From the human T2T-CHM13v2.0 reference genome, Homo sapiens: a stretch of 64,000 nucleotides of DNA. Shown here piece by piece: positions 40,898 to 55,115 of the stretch (positions are counted from its first letter, which is position 1; each line of letters opens with the position of its first letter). The notes beneath the pieces are model-generated. The model did no database searches and was not told the DNA's origin. It worked only from the letters and a program-made list of their open reading frames with translations. The stretch lies in assembly GCF_009914755.1 (NCBI RefSeq), contig NC_060929.1; one strand, written 5' to 3'. The translations under genes and the position numbers were made by a program.

Positions 40898-43800
40898 AAC
40901 TATATACATCAGAGTTCTTTTTTACTCTTATGTTCAAATTCAGATACCAATAAATGGTTTTAAGTTTAGACAGAGCATACAGGAGAATCTTTGTATCCTT
41001 CTAAGATATTAGTTGTATACAATTCTAAATGATTTTAATAATTAATATTGTGTGAAAGTGCAGATTTTTTTCATTGTTTTGCAGGAAAGTTTCCTGCTCA
41101 TAATTAAAACAAGTATCAATGATTTTTGTAACTTGGCAGTTCATTTTGTACCTGTGAAATTGTACAATATATGCCACAAATGGGGGAAGAGGCTCTTTAT
41201 TAGATGCTTGGTGATAAACCTTAATCATTTAGTTAAATGAAATTATAGTGTAAACTAGTAAGTGATCTATTTAATTATAATTCTATATTAATTTTATTAC
41301 TGAAATATATCTGTGCCTTGTGTCTCTTTACTTAGACTGTGATTGTCCATTATCTTTCTTTTACTAGCTTTGTGAATTATTGAGCTTGGTAATTAAACTT
41401 CATATTATAGGGTGTACATTAGTAAGTGTGGAAGGTAATGCATCTTTTATATAGAGACAATTTCTTGATTATTTGTTTAGTGCATACTTAGGAAGTAAAT
41501 CCACAAGGATCACAAAGTTGTGTTTGCTTTCATAAGCAAACATTCAGCACAATCAAAATATAACCTGGAAAATGAATTTCAATTCAAGAGACTGATTCAT
41601 ATTGTGATAATATCTAACTAACGTCTATTTGACTATTTGTTTATTTTAATAGAGTACAAATTTATTTCAAAAAGATCAGAAACTATATTAACAATGACTC
41701 TTATAATTGTGCTAAGCCAAAAGTGTGATTTTCAAAGAAAAGTGTGGGCTCAGTGGGAAAAAACATTCTGGATAATGGCTCCTCACAGAGATAAAGGTGT
41801 AATTTAATATCTTTATATTAATTTAAGAAATTCAAAATGTAGACTTTTAACATTTAAATATAGTCTTCTCATAATTTTGATTTTTAATAGTTTTTTAAAA
41901 TATGTACACCAAATTACAAATTCAGGAGATCACTATTTCATTTAAAACAACCTTCTCAGAAATTGTATTTTTGATGCATTTTCACAAGAGTGTGAGGAAA
42001 ATCAGAGCAAAATAAGGAGGAGCTGATGTGGTAAAGAGTCTATCATCAGTTGCTTCTTTTACATATGTATGATACAGCCACCATTCTCAAATAATTGGTT
42101 CAGGGATAAATTCTCCTCTTTAAGCCAATATGTAAACTAAGGTCCTAAGGGTTGTATCTCACAAGTCATGCAAACAATAAATAAGATAAAGGAGAAACAT
42201 CTAAATGAGAAAACTCAAGTAATGATTGCCAACAAAATGAACTACAATGAATACTTTAACCTTGTGCATTAAAGACGAACTTTTAGAAAGGATCATTTAG
42301 TTCAATTGCACTGAGGGTGTTTTCTGAGTTTGCCAGATAGATGTTGGTTTGGAACACCTATTTTATTTCTCTCTCAGATCCATTTTGTGTTAAATGAACA
42401 ATATTTTCAACTTCACTAATATATCAAAGCTATTGATTCTTTCAAAGTGAGTTGCATAAATGTTTCACTTCAAAGCATTTTAATACATACGTAATATTTC
42501 TCAGTCTTCATGCCATGAATAACTGGTCATCTTTAAGCTGCTGCTGGTTCCAATATTGTTTTCACAACTTACAGAGGATTACTGTAAGTGTGTATAGTTC
42601 AATTTTTGGCAAGTATACACGCAATTAAAGTCAGAGCCACCTGCCTGTCATCCAAGGTAAAGAGAGATACATTAAAACTAACAAAGCGATAAAAGAGGCC
42701 TGAAATTGAAGCAGTTTAAAAAATGACAGTTTAATGAAAACAGTGTAAAAATACTATCACTCTGATGGAAAACATCTGTCCTCCACGAATCTTGACTGAT
42801 GTAAGGTTGTGAGGCTCTTAAGGAATGTGTTGCCAGCCTATGGTTATATCAACAACAGGTCAGGCATGGCCTGTCTCTTTAATATCACAGTTATGACTGT
42901 CCAAATATATACCATTCCAACTGATACCCTGCCTTCCATATTGCAATAGGTTACTTTAAAGTCCAATTCTTTTCGCTGCTTGTTGCACTTTTTCAAAGGA
43001 CAGTGAGAATAATGCCACTGAACTATAAAAATAAAAAATATTTATAAAAATAAACATCCTAAAAGAGCATATTTTAAATGTTGTCATCCAGAGGAAGAAA
43101 TGACTGAGAGCTGTTTAACTGTTGGTACTGAAAAAAGCTTTTATATATATATAGTAGTCAAAAAGAGACATCCTGTTATTTTGATTTAAGATTTAATTAA
43201 ATTATTATTATCAACAGTTCATAATTTCTTGGTTTTTATTTTAACATCTGTCACAAGTGTCACCACAAAATCATTTATAACTAAGAAAAATTTATGTGGG
43301 CAGGTAAATGTTTTTTACAACAGTGGGTTAAATATCAATTTTGTGTGATGAAAGTGTTAATATGTTTCTCCATAGAATCTGAATTATTATGATAGACTTT
43401 CACAGGAGAGAGGAGAAATTTGTTTGTTTCAAATTGGCAATAAGCAAATAAATTAGTCCTAGGTCCCCAAATTGGAAGAAAATAAAAGTTAATACATTCA
43501 CTTAAAAATCTTTATTTTTTTCTTTTGTTCTCTCATGCATCAACAAGCAATTTTGAAATGAGATTTTGCAGGTGAAAGGCCTATAATGTGAAATAAACGA
43601 TTTCCTTGCAGATAAGAAAAAAATTGAATTGCTTCTCATTTGCAAAAGTAGTTAATCTAGGTGCTATTCAGACATGCTAAATGTTTAGTTACAAGTGACT
43701 TTAAAATAAATGTGGAAATTTTAGTTCTTCAAGGAGTTTGGCTCTCAATTTATTCCATTGATGAAAATGTCTTCCCATTTTTCCCACCGGGATGATTTTT

Positions 43801-45660
43801 ATTGGGTCCACCATGGCAATTTCAATCATTTAATCTTGTCAGCCCCATAGTTAGCATTGCATTCCACTAAGTCTTCCTGAGTTGGGAGCATGGGATAGGA
43901 GAGGACAGGAATACATAAGTCGCCACAATACAGAATATGACTTCCCAATTTGTGTTTGTTTCTCAGTGCTTTTTTTTCTAAGCAGAGCATAAAAATGATA
44001 TGCTAATTTGCATGGTTTTGAGTAATTAGTCTCTTTATATATTCCACACCCCAGTGTTATAGCAGGAGGGACTTCCCCATGCAGGTGTAAACAAATAGGA
44101 TGGTAGGGTAACTTTGGGTTACACTGCATCAAATTTTTCTGAAGCCCTTAGGAAACCCCGTCTTCATGAAAAGATTATTTCAAAGAAGAGTTTACTTAAG
44201 TTTTCTAGCTTATATACATTAGTGATTTACATACTTAAATTATTTGATGAAATAGTTATTTTTTTGTGTGTAATTACTTATGCTTGGGAATAATATAAGC
44301 GTAAACTAGGTCAAATTTCATCTTAACACATTTTAATTCACTTCTCTAATATTGATCATCCACATATTTTCCAAAACAGATCTAACTTAATGTTGAGGTA
44401 CAAATTACGTTTCATATTTAGGAGAGAAAATTTCTATGGCGAGTTTAAATATAAAAATCCCTATTTTTTTTTCTGACACATACTAATAAAATTAATTTTT
44501 ATCCAGTGCTCTTATATTTCCAATGATATTTGAATTTTCCTGATATATCAGGATGAAAAACTTAGGTAGCTGCTAAATATATTTTACAACACTCTTTAAT
44601 ATCTGACCTTTAGGTCAAAGCAGTTTATAGTATTTGTCATCCAAATAAAATTGATTTTCTGAGAGCATGTAAATCAGTAATAGAATATGTTCAGTTTATA
44701 GATAAGCAATCTTTTTTACAAACCTATATTTAAATATAAATAATAGTGAAGAAAAAAATCTATGAACTAGCTTATAAATGATACTCTAGGGGTGCCATTT
44801 TGGCATAATAATGTTAAATATAAAAATGGTAGTTAAATACTTCTTAAAGTCCTATTATCCCATCTCTGCTTCAGTTATGTTAACATTTCCATCAGATTTC
44901 ATTTATCTTGCATTTCTGAGTTCTGGTCTTTGCTCTGCTGGCAAAATGATATGAGTCAATGTGTCACCTGATCCTCACGATTCAGAATTCCATTTTACGT
45001 AATTAAAGACTCTTAATCTCAATTAAACTCAATACATCTTCTTTTATTCTAAGTAACCTGTAGTCTAGAGTTACAATTTTCACTAATACATTAGTCTTTT
45101 CTGTGACACTTTCTAAGTTTTCTTAGCTATAAAATTAAGAAATGTTTTACACAAATTCCCTGTCTTCACAGAGATAGTATGGAATGTGTAGTTTTTAGTC
45201 CAATACACATGGCTTAGAATTTTAGTCTCATTCACTGCATTGGTGCAGGGCCTGGCATAAGCTAGCTTCACATTACTTTCAGTTCTTTTCATCCATTTTA
45301 TCCACTATTCGTTATGTGCAGGGTTAAGACACAGTCTTATAAAGGTCCACATATTAAAAATAACCCATTATGGCAATGTGATTTCAGCACTAACAGAATG
45401 AAACACTCAAAGGATAGCACGTGCAAGTTTATTTTTCATTGTAATATTAATACAAGCAAGAAATATCATTTTTCAATTCTTATTTTGATTGTCACCATAA
45501 AAATTTGGCTAATTGTAGAAAGTAGAAAAGTTCCTCTTCAAAGCTCATCTTGGTTTAAAAATAAAATAATAGACACTAGAAATAATAGCTTCTTACTCTA
45601 AAGCCTCCTATCAACCATTAGTTCTTACACTTCAGCCCAGTTAGTTGCTTTGGCTTACTC

Positions 45661-45680
45661 AGGCATGTCTGGACAGGCCC
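45661..45680. promoter_or_regulatory. p53 response element-like motif
   Basis: AGGCATGTCT GGACAGGCCC: one perfect RRRCWWGYYY half-site plus one with a single core mismatch, no spacer. Confidence 0.55.
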
Positions 45681-46014
45681 AGTCCAGCCTTAGCTCATAG
45701 CTTATGGCCCTTCCTTATTTGGAAATGTTATTGCTTCCTTAAACCTTTCATAAGCAACTTCCTCTCTTTCTTTGTTCTCCCTTGCACTTACCTATTTAGA
45801 AAAGTTTTAGGCTGTTAGCAAATTGGCTATCAGTTTAAGACTGTGAGGTCCAGCTCCAGCCAATGGATGCAGGACACAGCAGTAAGGACCACCCAAATGT
45901 GTAAGGAATAAATATGTCTGCTTTTCCTTTGTTCAAGTGTGTTCTTGCCATTGTTCCATCTGCAAGAGGCACCCTTTCTGCAGAAAGCAGAAATGGCCTT
46001 GCTGAGAGAATTAA

Positions 46015-46339
<325 letters not shown>

Positions 46340-46569
46340 TCAAGTGCTATTTCTTTGCGGCACTGGGGAACAAACATTTCTAACACTAATATTTGAAGGT
46401 TGAGCCATATCTCTAGCAACAGCATAAGAATATCCTACTTTTTTGGATTATTATGGTATTAACCTTCATAGTCCTTATCTGAGTCCACTGAATAAGTAAG
46501 CAATTTCCATCTGCATTATCATGCCTTGTTTCTAGGAGCGAAATGCTCTATAGAGCATCCTCTGCTTAA

Positions 46570-46963
<394 letters not shown>

Positions 46964-47497
46964 TAGAGCAAATGCACCTACCCAAACTGCTCCATGTGAG
47001 CTTCCAGCAGAAGCTCTTATAATCTTGAGTTGCCTTGCAGGATACTCCCTGAAGCTGACTACAGAGCAGAGAGGCAAAGGGAGCACATTAGGCTTCTGAA
47101 AGGCAGTAACAACAACTGCAAGGAAATTTTAATTTGTTTAAATTAGTATTTAAATTTGTCATGATAATGGTTAAAGCCTCATTTTTAAAAATAATTTCTA
47201 AGTCAAATTTTATAGCAAATAATCATATCCCTAACCCTTGGAATGGTCATCCAAGGAAAATGAGAATAGAACCTAAATGAATAATACATACTAGAAGAAT
47301 TTTCATTACAGTTGGACTTTAAAGTAAGGTATAATATTTTGTCACCAAGAAATTGTTTTTAATGCCTGTGCTCACTATTGGGGAACTATTACTATGGTTT
47401 TAAATTTATAGGACTTTATCTCACTTTGTATAGAAATTCTTTAAAAACAAAAATATGAGGACGCAGATTCCTGAGATGCATATTTTTTTTCATTACA

Positions 47498-47857
47498 TGA
47501 TATGGTTTGGCTCTGTGTCCCCACTCAAATCTCATCTCCAATTGTAATCCCCATGCGTTGAGGGAAAGACCTAGTGGGAAGTGATTGACTCATGGGGGTT
47601 GGTTTCTCCCATGCTGTTCTCCTGACAGTGACTGAGTTCTCAGGAGATCTGATGTTTTAAAAGTGTGGCACTTCCCCCCACCTCCCATTTCACCATGATA
47701 AGATGTGTGCTTGCTTCGTCTTCATCTTCTACCATGATTGTAAGTTTCCTGAGGCCTCCCCAGCCATGTGGAACTGTGAGTTTATTAAACCTGTTTTCTT
47801 TATAAATTACCCAGTCTCAGGCAGTTCTTTATAGAAGTGTGAGAATGGACTAATACA
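47498..47857 (+). mobile_element. THE1D-like MaLR solo LTR
   Basis: tgatatggtttggctctgtgtcccca...gagaatggactaataca. Confidence 0.92.
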
Positions 47858-48029
47858 GTATTATTTAATGGTATCCAGTAATGGATCTTTTCCTTTTTTC
47901 TATTCACCTCATAAACAGTGAAGACAAATTAACTTGGAAATTTTAGTAACCCAAAGAAGATTTTAGTTAATTATTGAAAGGAGAGTGCATTTTATTTCTT
48001 CCTAATTCATCTGGTTATTTTTATTTTTA

Positions 48030-48328
<299 letters not shown>

Positions 48329-48355
48329 TAAATTTTCTTAAATAATTAATATCTC

Positions 48356-48651
<296 letters not shown>

Positions 48652-49072
48652 TTAATATCTCTATAATATTTTGAAGAGTTATGAACTCTCTTATTTAATC
48701 ATCCTCTTTATTTGTAGTTATCTATTATTTTTGGAGTTTTACTTCTACCTTGGCATATGTTATGGCAAACTATTCTTTGCATTTGAATTAATTTACACAT
48801 CTCTCAAGGTAATAGCTGTTGTGCATGTCAAAATTTCAAATTATCTCTAACTGGTCTAATCTATATAAGTGTAACTAGTCTTATTCAAAATACAAATTTC
48901 AAGGGCTTTTTTAGGCAATTGATTTATTTGTTTTGGCTTACAATCTCAGCTTTGGCATAGTGTTAAGGGGCAAAGCATCTTAAAAAAGCTACATGATTAA
49001 ACGCTTGCAACTTATTTGTTGATAGGAGGCTTGTGTGTTCTTAAAATTCATACTTTACTGAAAACTTTCTGA

Positions 49073-49389
<317 letters not shown>

Positions 49390-50544
49390 ATAGTGGTTTT
49401 ATTAAGGTGGGATGCACCATTATCAAAATTTGATCATCTTACCATCTAATGAGTGACTTTACCTATCCATTCATGAAACACAATATTAAATACTTATTAA
49501 ATATTTTGGTTATTAAAATAAAGTCACACTCTTGAAGCATTCTGACAATGGAGAAATTTTACTTTCTATATATAGACAGAGTGAGAGAGGAAGAGCAGAG
49601 TTAAAAATATAGTCATATCTCCTTCTTTTGATTACTCAACTTCAGAAGCATTGAACTGAGATCAGGAAGGTATAGAGCTACCTTTCTTTCACGATATGTC
49701 TGTGTATGCGTCAGAGCACACATGCACCTAAGCAGCTGGATTTTCTCTATAGAAAAATATATGTATTTATTTCAACATTTCTGATAGTATTTAATAAATG
49801 TTCATCATGTATTAACTTTAGGTGGGAAAAAGTGGTGTTTTTGTAAATCAGCCTGGGCCTGCCTATTTAATTGAGAAGGAAAGAGATTAAGCACTAGAGT
49901 GAGAATTAAAGCAAGACTCAGAGGTAGAGAGAGAGTAACTGTGTTCACCTCATTTCCATTGAAAGTGGGCTTCATTATTTCATATGACAGAATGTAAAAA
50001 TTATCAGACATATAATTGTACGTTCCATCTGGAAATATTTTAAGTGACTGATGTAATTAAAAATATTTGTGGACTGCATTTTTATCTTTTCTTCATAGAT
50101 TAAAAATGTATTCAAAAACATTATCTTCGATGGCAGACAGTATGAGTGTATGTAACCAAAATTTTAATTTATTAACAAAAGAATCTTAGAAAACCTAATT
50201 ATTTTCTGGGAAAAGCTTTCTTTTTGTTAGCTCCAAATTTATGCATATAATTTTACCAAGAATATATGTAGGTCTTACACTGCAATAAAAATACCTAATT
50301 TATTTGAAAGTATATCAAATTGAGGATATTATGCTTTTCAATGATGTGTATATGTATATCAAATAAGATATCCTTTATTTTTGGTGGATCATAAATTCAT
50401 AAATTGTGTGTGATTTTAAATTAGTATGTTTAGGTATTTGCACTTTGGATATTCTATTATATGCACATATATTACAGATTTTAATAAGTATAGCTATAGT
50501 AGTTAGTATTATTGTTTAACAACATGGCTTCTTTTATTTAGTCC

Positions 50545-50685
50545 AAAGGAGCCTCCTGAAAAAGATATTCTATTGCTCCCATTTGGAAGATGAGCAAACC
50601 AAGGCACAGAAAGAATGTTACCCAGCTAGCCAGTGGCAATCTGGGACTTGAATCCAAGCATTATGGATAGCCCATGCTCTTCACA
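50545..50685 (-). mobile_element. MIR SINE
   Basis: 'ctcccatttggaagatgagcaaaccaaggcacagaaag..ctgggacttgaatccaag'. Confidence 0.75.
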
Positions 50686-51298
50686 ATGATGCCACATTGC
50701 CACTTCATAGCAGGTAGTAAGACACATTTAGAATCATTTTTAAAATCTAACAGATGTTTAGAGTCTCATCATTTTTCTCTTGATATGAACCCGTTTGGCA
50801 TGAAACATTATTCAGTACTACTTTTGCATTTACATCTGCAATTTCAGTCACCTATATTCTCTAAGGAAACATTCTTCACTCATCCTAATCTTACAAAAGT
50901 CTACTTATCAGTATTTGATAACACATGTAACAAGAGAGTGTAGTCATCAATTTTGAACTAATTTTATATAGTAGATAAACTATAATATTTAGCAAAAACA
51001 ATATCAAAATTACCACAATTTTATTATTACAGTTCTCCCGAGTCTTATCTGTAGCATATTAATCATATTTTCATCTAACCCAGTTGTTATTTTTCTACAC
51101 TTGCATTTAAAAGTAATTAAATTATATATACACTTTTAAAAGAAGACATCAAATCCAAAAGACTCTATAATGATACAGAAAAATATATATTAATAGTGGA
51201 AACCACAGAACACATACTATATAAAGTTTATGTTATACCTGTTGAAAATAGATGAATTATAAAGACTGGAGTGAAAATATAAAAATGAAATTAATAAG

Positions 51299-51962
51299 AT
51301 CCAACTTATCAATCTTTTCTATCATGGATTGTGCTTTTGGTGGTGTATTTAAAACCCCTTTCTGAACTCCAAATTCGTGTAAATTCTTGTATTCTTTAGA
51401 AGTTTTAAAGTTTTTCATTTTACATATAAGCCTTTAATCCACTTTGATTTAATTTCTGTGAAAGGTGTAAGGTCTCTATCTAGGTTCAACTTTTTGCATT
51501 TGGACGTTCAATTGTTCTGCTACCATTTTTTGTAAAGATTATCTCCTTTCCTTTGCAGCTTAGTCAAAGATCAGTTGACTATACTTGTGTAGGTCTATTT
51601 CTGAGCTCTCTGTTCTGCTCCATTGATCTGCGTGTCTATTCTTTTGTCAGTACAACATCATCTTGGTTTTTACTTGATTTTTGTTATTTTATAGTAACAC
51701 TTGAAATCAGGTGGGCTGAGACCTCCAAAAAAGTTCTCTCTAGGTATTGTTTTGGCTATGTTGTCTTTTGCCTTTTCGTATAAATTTTAACGTTAGTTTG
51801 CCATAGCTGCAAAATAGTTACTGGTATTTTGTTTGGGATTGTATTGAATTTATAGAACAAGTTGGAAAGACTTGACGTTTTAGCAGTGGTGAGTCTTTCA
51901 ATTCATGAACACAAATATCTGATTTAGTTACATACTATTTAATTTTCCTCAGCATTTTTTTA
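51299..51962 (-). mobile_element. L1M (MB/MC-like) ORF2 fragment
   Basis: 'ccaacttatcaatcttttctatcatggattgtgcttttgg..gtgtaggtctatttctgagctctctgttctgctccattgatc'. Confidence 0.8.
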
Positions 51963-51984
51963 GTAGTTAAGTAAATATTAAGTA

Positions 51985-52185
51985 AAAAAACTAAAGAAAT
52001 GTGAATAAAGTATTAATTATACTTAATAAGACTTAAAATATCAATTTTAGTTTATTAATTGTGTCACATGTATTATTATATTGATATTAATAATAGGGGA
52101 AACTCAATGTGGAGTATATGGGAACTCTGTATTATCTTTGCAGATTTTCTGTATATCTAAAACTATACTCAAAAGTTTATAACAA
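51985..52185 (+). mobile_element. L1MC-like 3' terminus
   Basis: 'gatattaataataggggaaact..gtatatgggaactctgtattatctttgcagattttctgtatatctaaaact'. Confidence 0.75.
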
Positions 52186-52708
52186 TAAGGAAACTTGTTA
52201 GAGTAATTGGATTGGGATGATTTTTCTATATATTTTTAAGCTATTATCTTCATACTTGTATAATTCAAAATGACTTTAATGTTATAGTTTAGAACATAAT
52301 TATAAATTATATGATTTTGTTCCTTGTTCTTGCAAAAAATGCAGTGACATTATATATTTAAAAACATTTTATAACACTAATATACTATGTGATAATATTA
52401 AATACTAAGTCTTATGTCATTAGCCTGCAATACTGCAATACTAGAAAAATCTGCAAATAATTGCAGATGTACTGGGAAGTACTTACCAACCAGGAAAATT
52501 TGCATCAATAATATATAAGTATTTTCTGACAGCAAACCCAATTATTATTCCATTATTATCAAATGTAAATAACTAATAAGTGAAGTCTTTGTCATTTTAT
52601 TTTTAAAATATAACTTCAGTTCTGGTGTTACAAACTGTCACCCACAATTCATCTAAAAGAATAAATTTGTTAAATATAATTAAAAACTTGCAGAGCTCTT
52701 TTGGGGGA

Positions 52709-53200
52709 TGTAGTAGTTTCCTGTGGCAGCGGTTACAAATTACCATAAACTTGGTGGCCTAAAGCAACAGAAATTAATCTCTCACAGTTCTGAAAGCTAG
52801 AAGTTCCGCATCAATTTCAAGGGCTGAATTAAAATCAAGGTGTCAGTAGGGCTGCACTCTCTCTCTGAAGGTACAACAGACAATTCATTCCTTGCTTCTT
52901 CCAGCATCTGGTGGCTGTTAGCATTCCTTTGCTTGTGGTCACACTGCCAAAATCTGTGCCTTTGTGGTAACATTGCCTTCTCCTCTTTTGTGCTTATAAT
53001 CTCCCTCTGCCTCTTTCTTATGAAGACACTTGTGATTGGATTTAGGGCCCACTAGAACAATCAAGGATGATTTCTTGATATTTGGCTTGGCAAATCTTTG
53101 ACCATATCTTCAAAGCCCTTTTCTTCTTGTAAGATAACATTTACACGTTCCAGAAATTAAAGCCTGATATCTTTGGGTCACCATTATTTAGCCTACTACA
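52709..53200 (-). mobile_element. MLT1B/C MaLR solo LTR
   Basis: tgtagtagtttcctgtggc..acaaattaccataaacttggtggcctaaagcaacagaaatt...ccattatttagcctactaca. Confidence 0.88.
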
Positions 53201-53799
53201 GAGGGTGAGAAAGACTGTTTTCGTTGTGCATATTTATTTAACAAAATAGAGATGTGCTAGTGGTTCTGTAAAGCGTTAGACAGTGAAAATTAAGGTTTGT
53301 ATGATTTCCTAGGGAATATTTAGGAAATCTAGCATCATACTTTGAATTTTTCTACTGCTTAAAGCAAATATATCATTGCATTATGTTTAAATGAAATATT
53401 TTTAGACTATTCATATGAAATCAGCATAGTTTGCCTTTTTGTATTTCTGTGGGGTTCTTTGTTAATTTGCCTAATTTCACTCTGGAAAAATTTAGGAACA
53501 GTGGAGAAATGGGGAGTTTTAACAAGAGGAATTCTCAAATGTGATTTGGTTTAGCCTTGTTGAGTACCCAATTTGAGGGAACATACTTCGTGGATATCTG
53601 GCAACTCAATAAATCACCTAAGGATCTACATAACAGATCTGTTTCTGTCTCTGTGGTCCTAAGAAGGCAAGAACCATGGGTACTAGGAACATAGATGAAG
53701 ATATATTTTTGGTTTTGAGTGCAGAAGTTAAAATCAAGGAGTAGGAGGCTCTGCTTTTAGTAACAAATGGCAATGTATTTGCACATCAGATAAATAATT

Positions 53800-53940
53800 G
53801 AATCATAGACTTACTGAAAAATAGCACAGAAGAAACTTTAGAGCTCACCTCATCAAATTCCTTCATTCTATCAATGACATGACTCTAGAGATGTGGGTAC
53901 TTATCTAATATCAGCTACATAATTAATAACAGAGAAAATA
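53800..53940 (-). mobile_element. MIR3-like fragment
   Basis: 'aatcatagac..gaaactttagagctcacctcatcaaattccttcattctatcaatga'. Confidence 0.45.
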
Positions 53941-54502
53941 AACCCGTTTATGTTGTCTATTTTTATTCAGAAATAAATAAAAAATGGTTTTGAGAATGTA
54001 TCATTTGCTTTAGATGGTAAAACTGGTAAGCTACAAAGTTAGAAGAGTACAGATTCTCTGTGAAAATGGTGCCCCAGCATATCTAGAAAAATCACTGTAA
54101 CTTTCATCTGTCCTACTATTCTTAGACATATTTACTGCTTTTAATCAGTGACTCATTTTATTATAATTGTTCTATTTACCTATCTATTGCCTCTTGAAGA
54201 CTGTCTGATTTGATTTGATTCATTGCTTAATCTTCAGCACTTGGGTGACATTTAGGTTCTCTCTTTCTCTACTTTTTCTTCATTTACACATATATACATA
54301 TGTGAATACCACAGAATAGACAAATTTAACAATAAGTTTTCACTACAACACTCTCAGTCTCAGAATGGCTACCATCTGCCAAACTCAACTTTCCCATCTG
54401 TAACAGAAAAGAAATACAAAGGGGGCCTTTGAAATACACACACATATGCATATGCACGTGCATGTGCACACACACACACGCCAATATAACAATCAGATAA
54501 AC

Positions 54503-54546
<44 letters not shown>
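54503..54546. repeat. (AGAT)11 tetranucleotide STR
   Basis: Seen directly; flanked by CA/TA-rich low-complexity sequence. Confidence 0.97.
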
Positions 54547-54547
<1 letters not shown>

Positions 54548-54699
54548 CATGGATAGATAATCTGAGATAGATATATATAGGTATCTATCTAGCTATATTA
54601 TATATATACATATATGTGTGTACACATTAACAATAAATAACAGACACAAAAATAGCCATTGAGAATTAGTAACGCTCACGAGACATTAATGTTAAAAAA

Positions 54700-55115
54700 A
54701 ATCTGAAGTGTGTCTTAATGGTTTAAAATCAAGATGTCAGGAAGACTTTTCCTTTCTGGGGGCTCTTGGGAAGAATCCATCACCTTGCCTTTTCCAGCTT
54801 CTAAAAATCCCCATATTCTTTGGCTAATGGTTTCTTTTCTCTTCAAAGCCAATGATGACCAGCCGAGTCTTTTTCATGCCACATTTTTCAGAAACTGGCC
54901 GTTGTTTTGCCTACATTTCTACTTTGAAGAACCCTTAAGATTACAGTGGGCCCAAACGAAAAATAATACTCTCTCTATTTTGAGACTAGTTAATTAGTTT
55001 TACTGCAATTGCATCTGCATCCTTAATTCTACTTTGCCATGTAACTGAATCTATTCATGTAGGTTCTATGTACGTTGATATGAATATCATTGGGTCCATT
55101 TTTCTGCCTAGCACA
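54700..55115 (-). mobile_element. MLT1D-like LTR, partial
   Basis: 'aaaatcaagatgtcagg..cctttctgggggctcttgggaagaatcc..ccttgccttttccagcttcta..ttctgcctagcaca'. Confidence 0.8.

Noticed and set aside
42361-42455. Exon-like segment ttttatttctctctcag|70 nt|gtgagt
   Set aside because: Stop codons in all three frames; there is no sequence-only way to support a non-coding exon.
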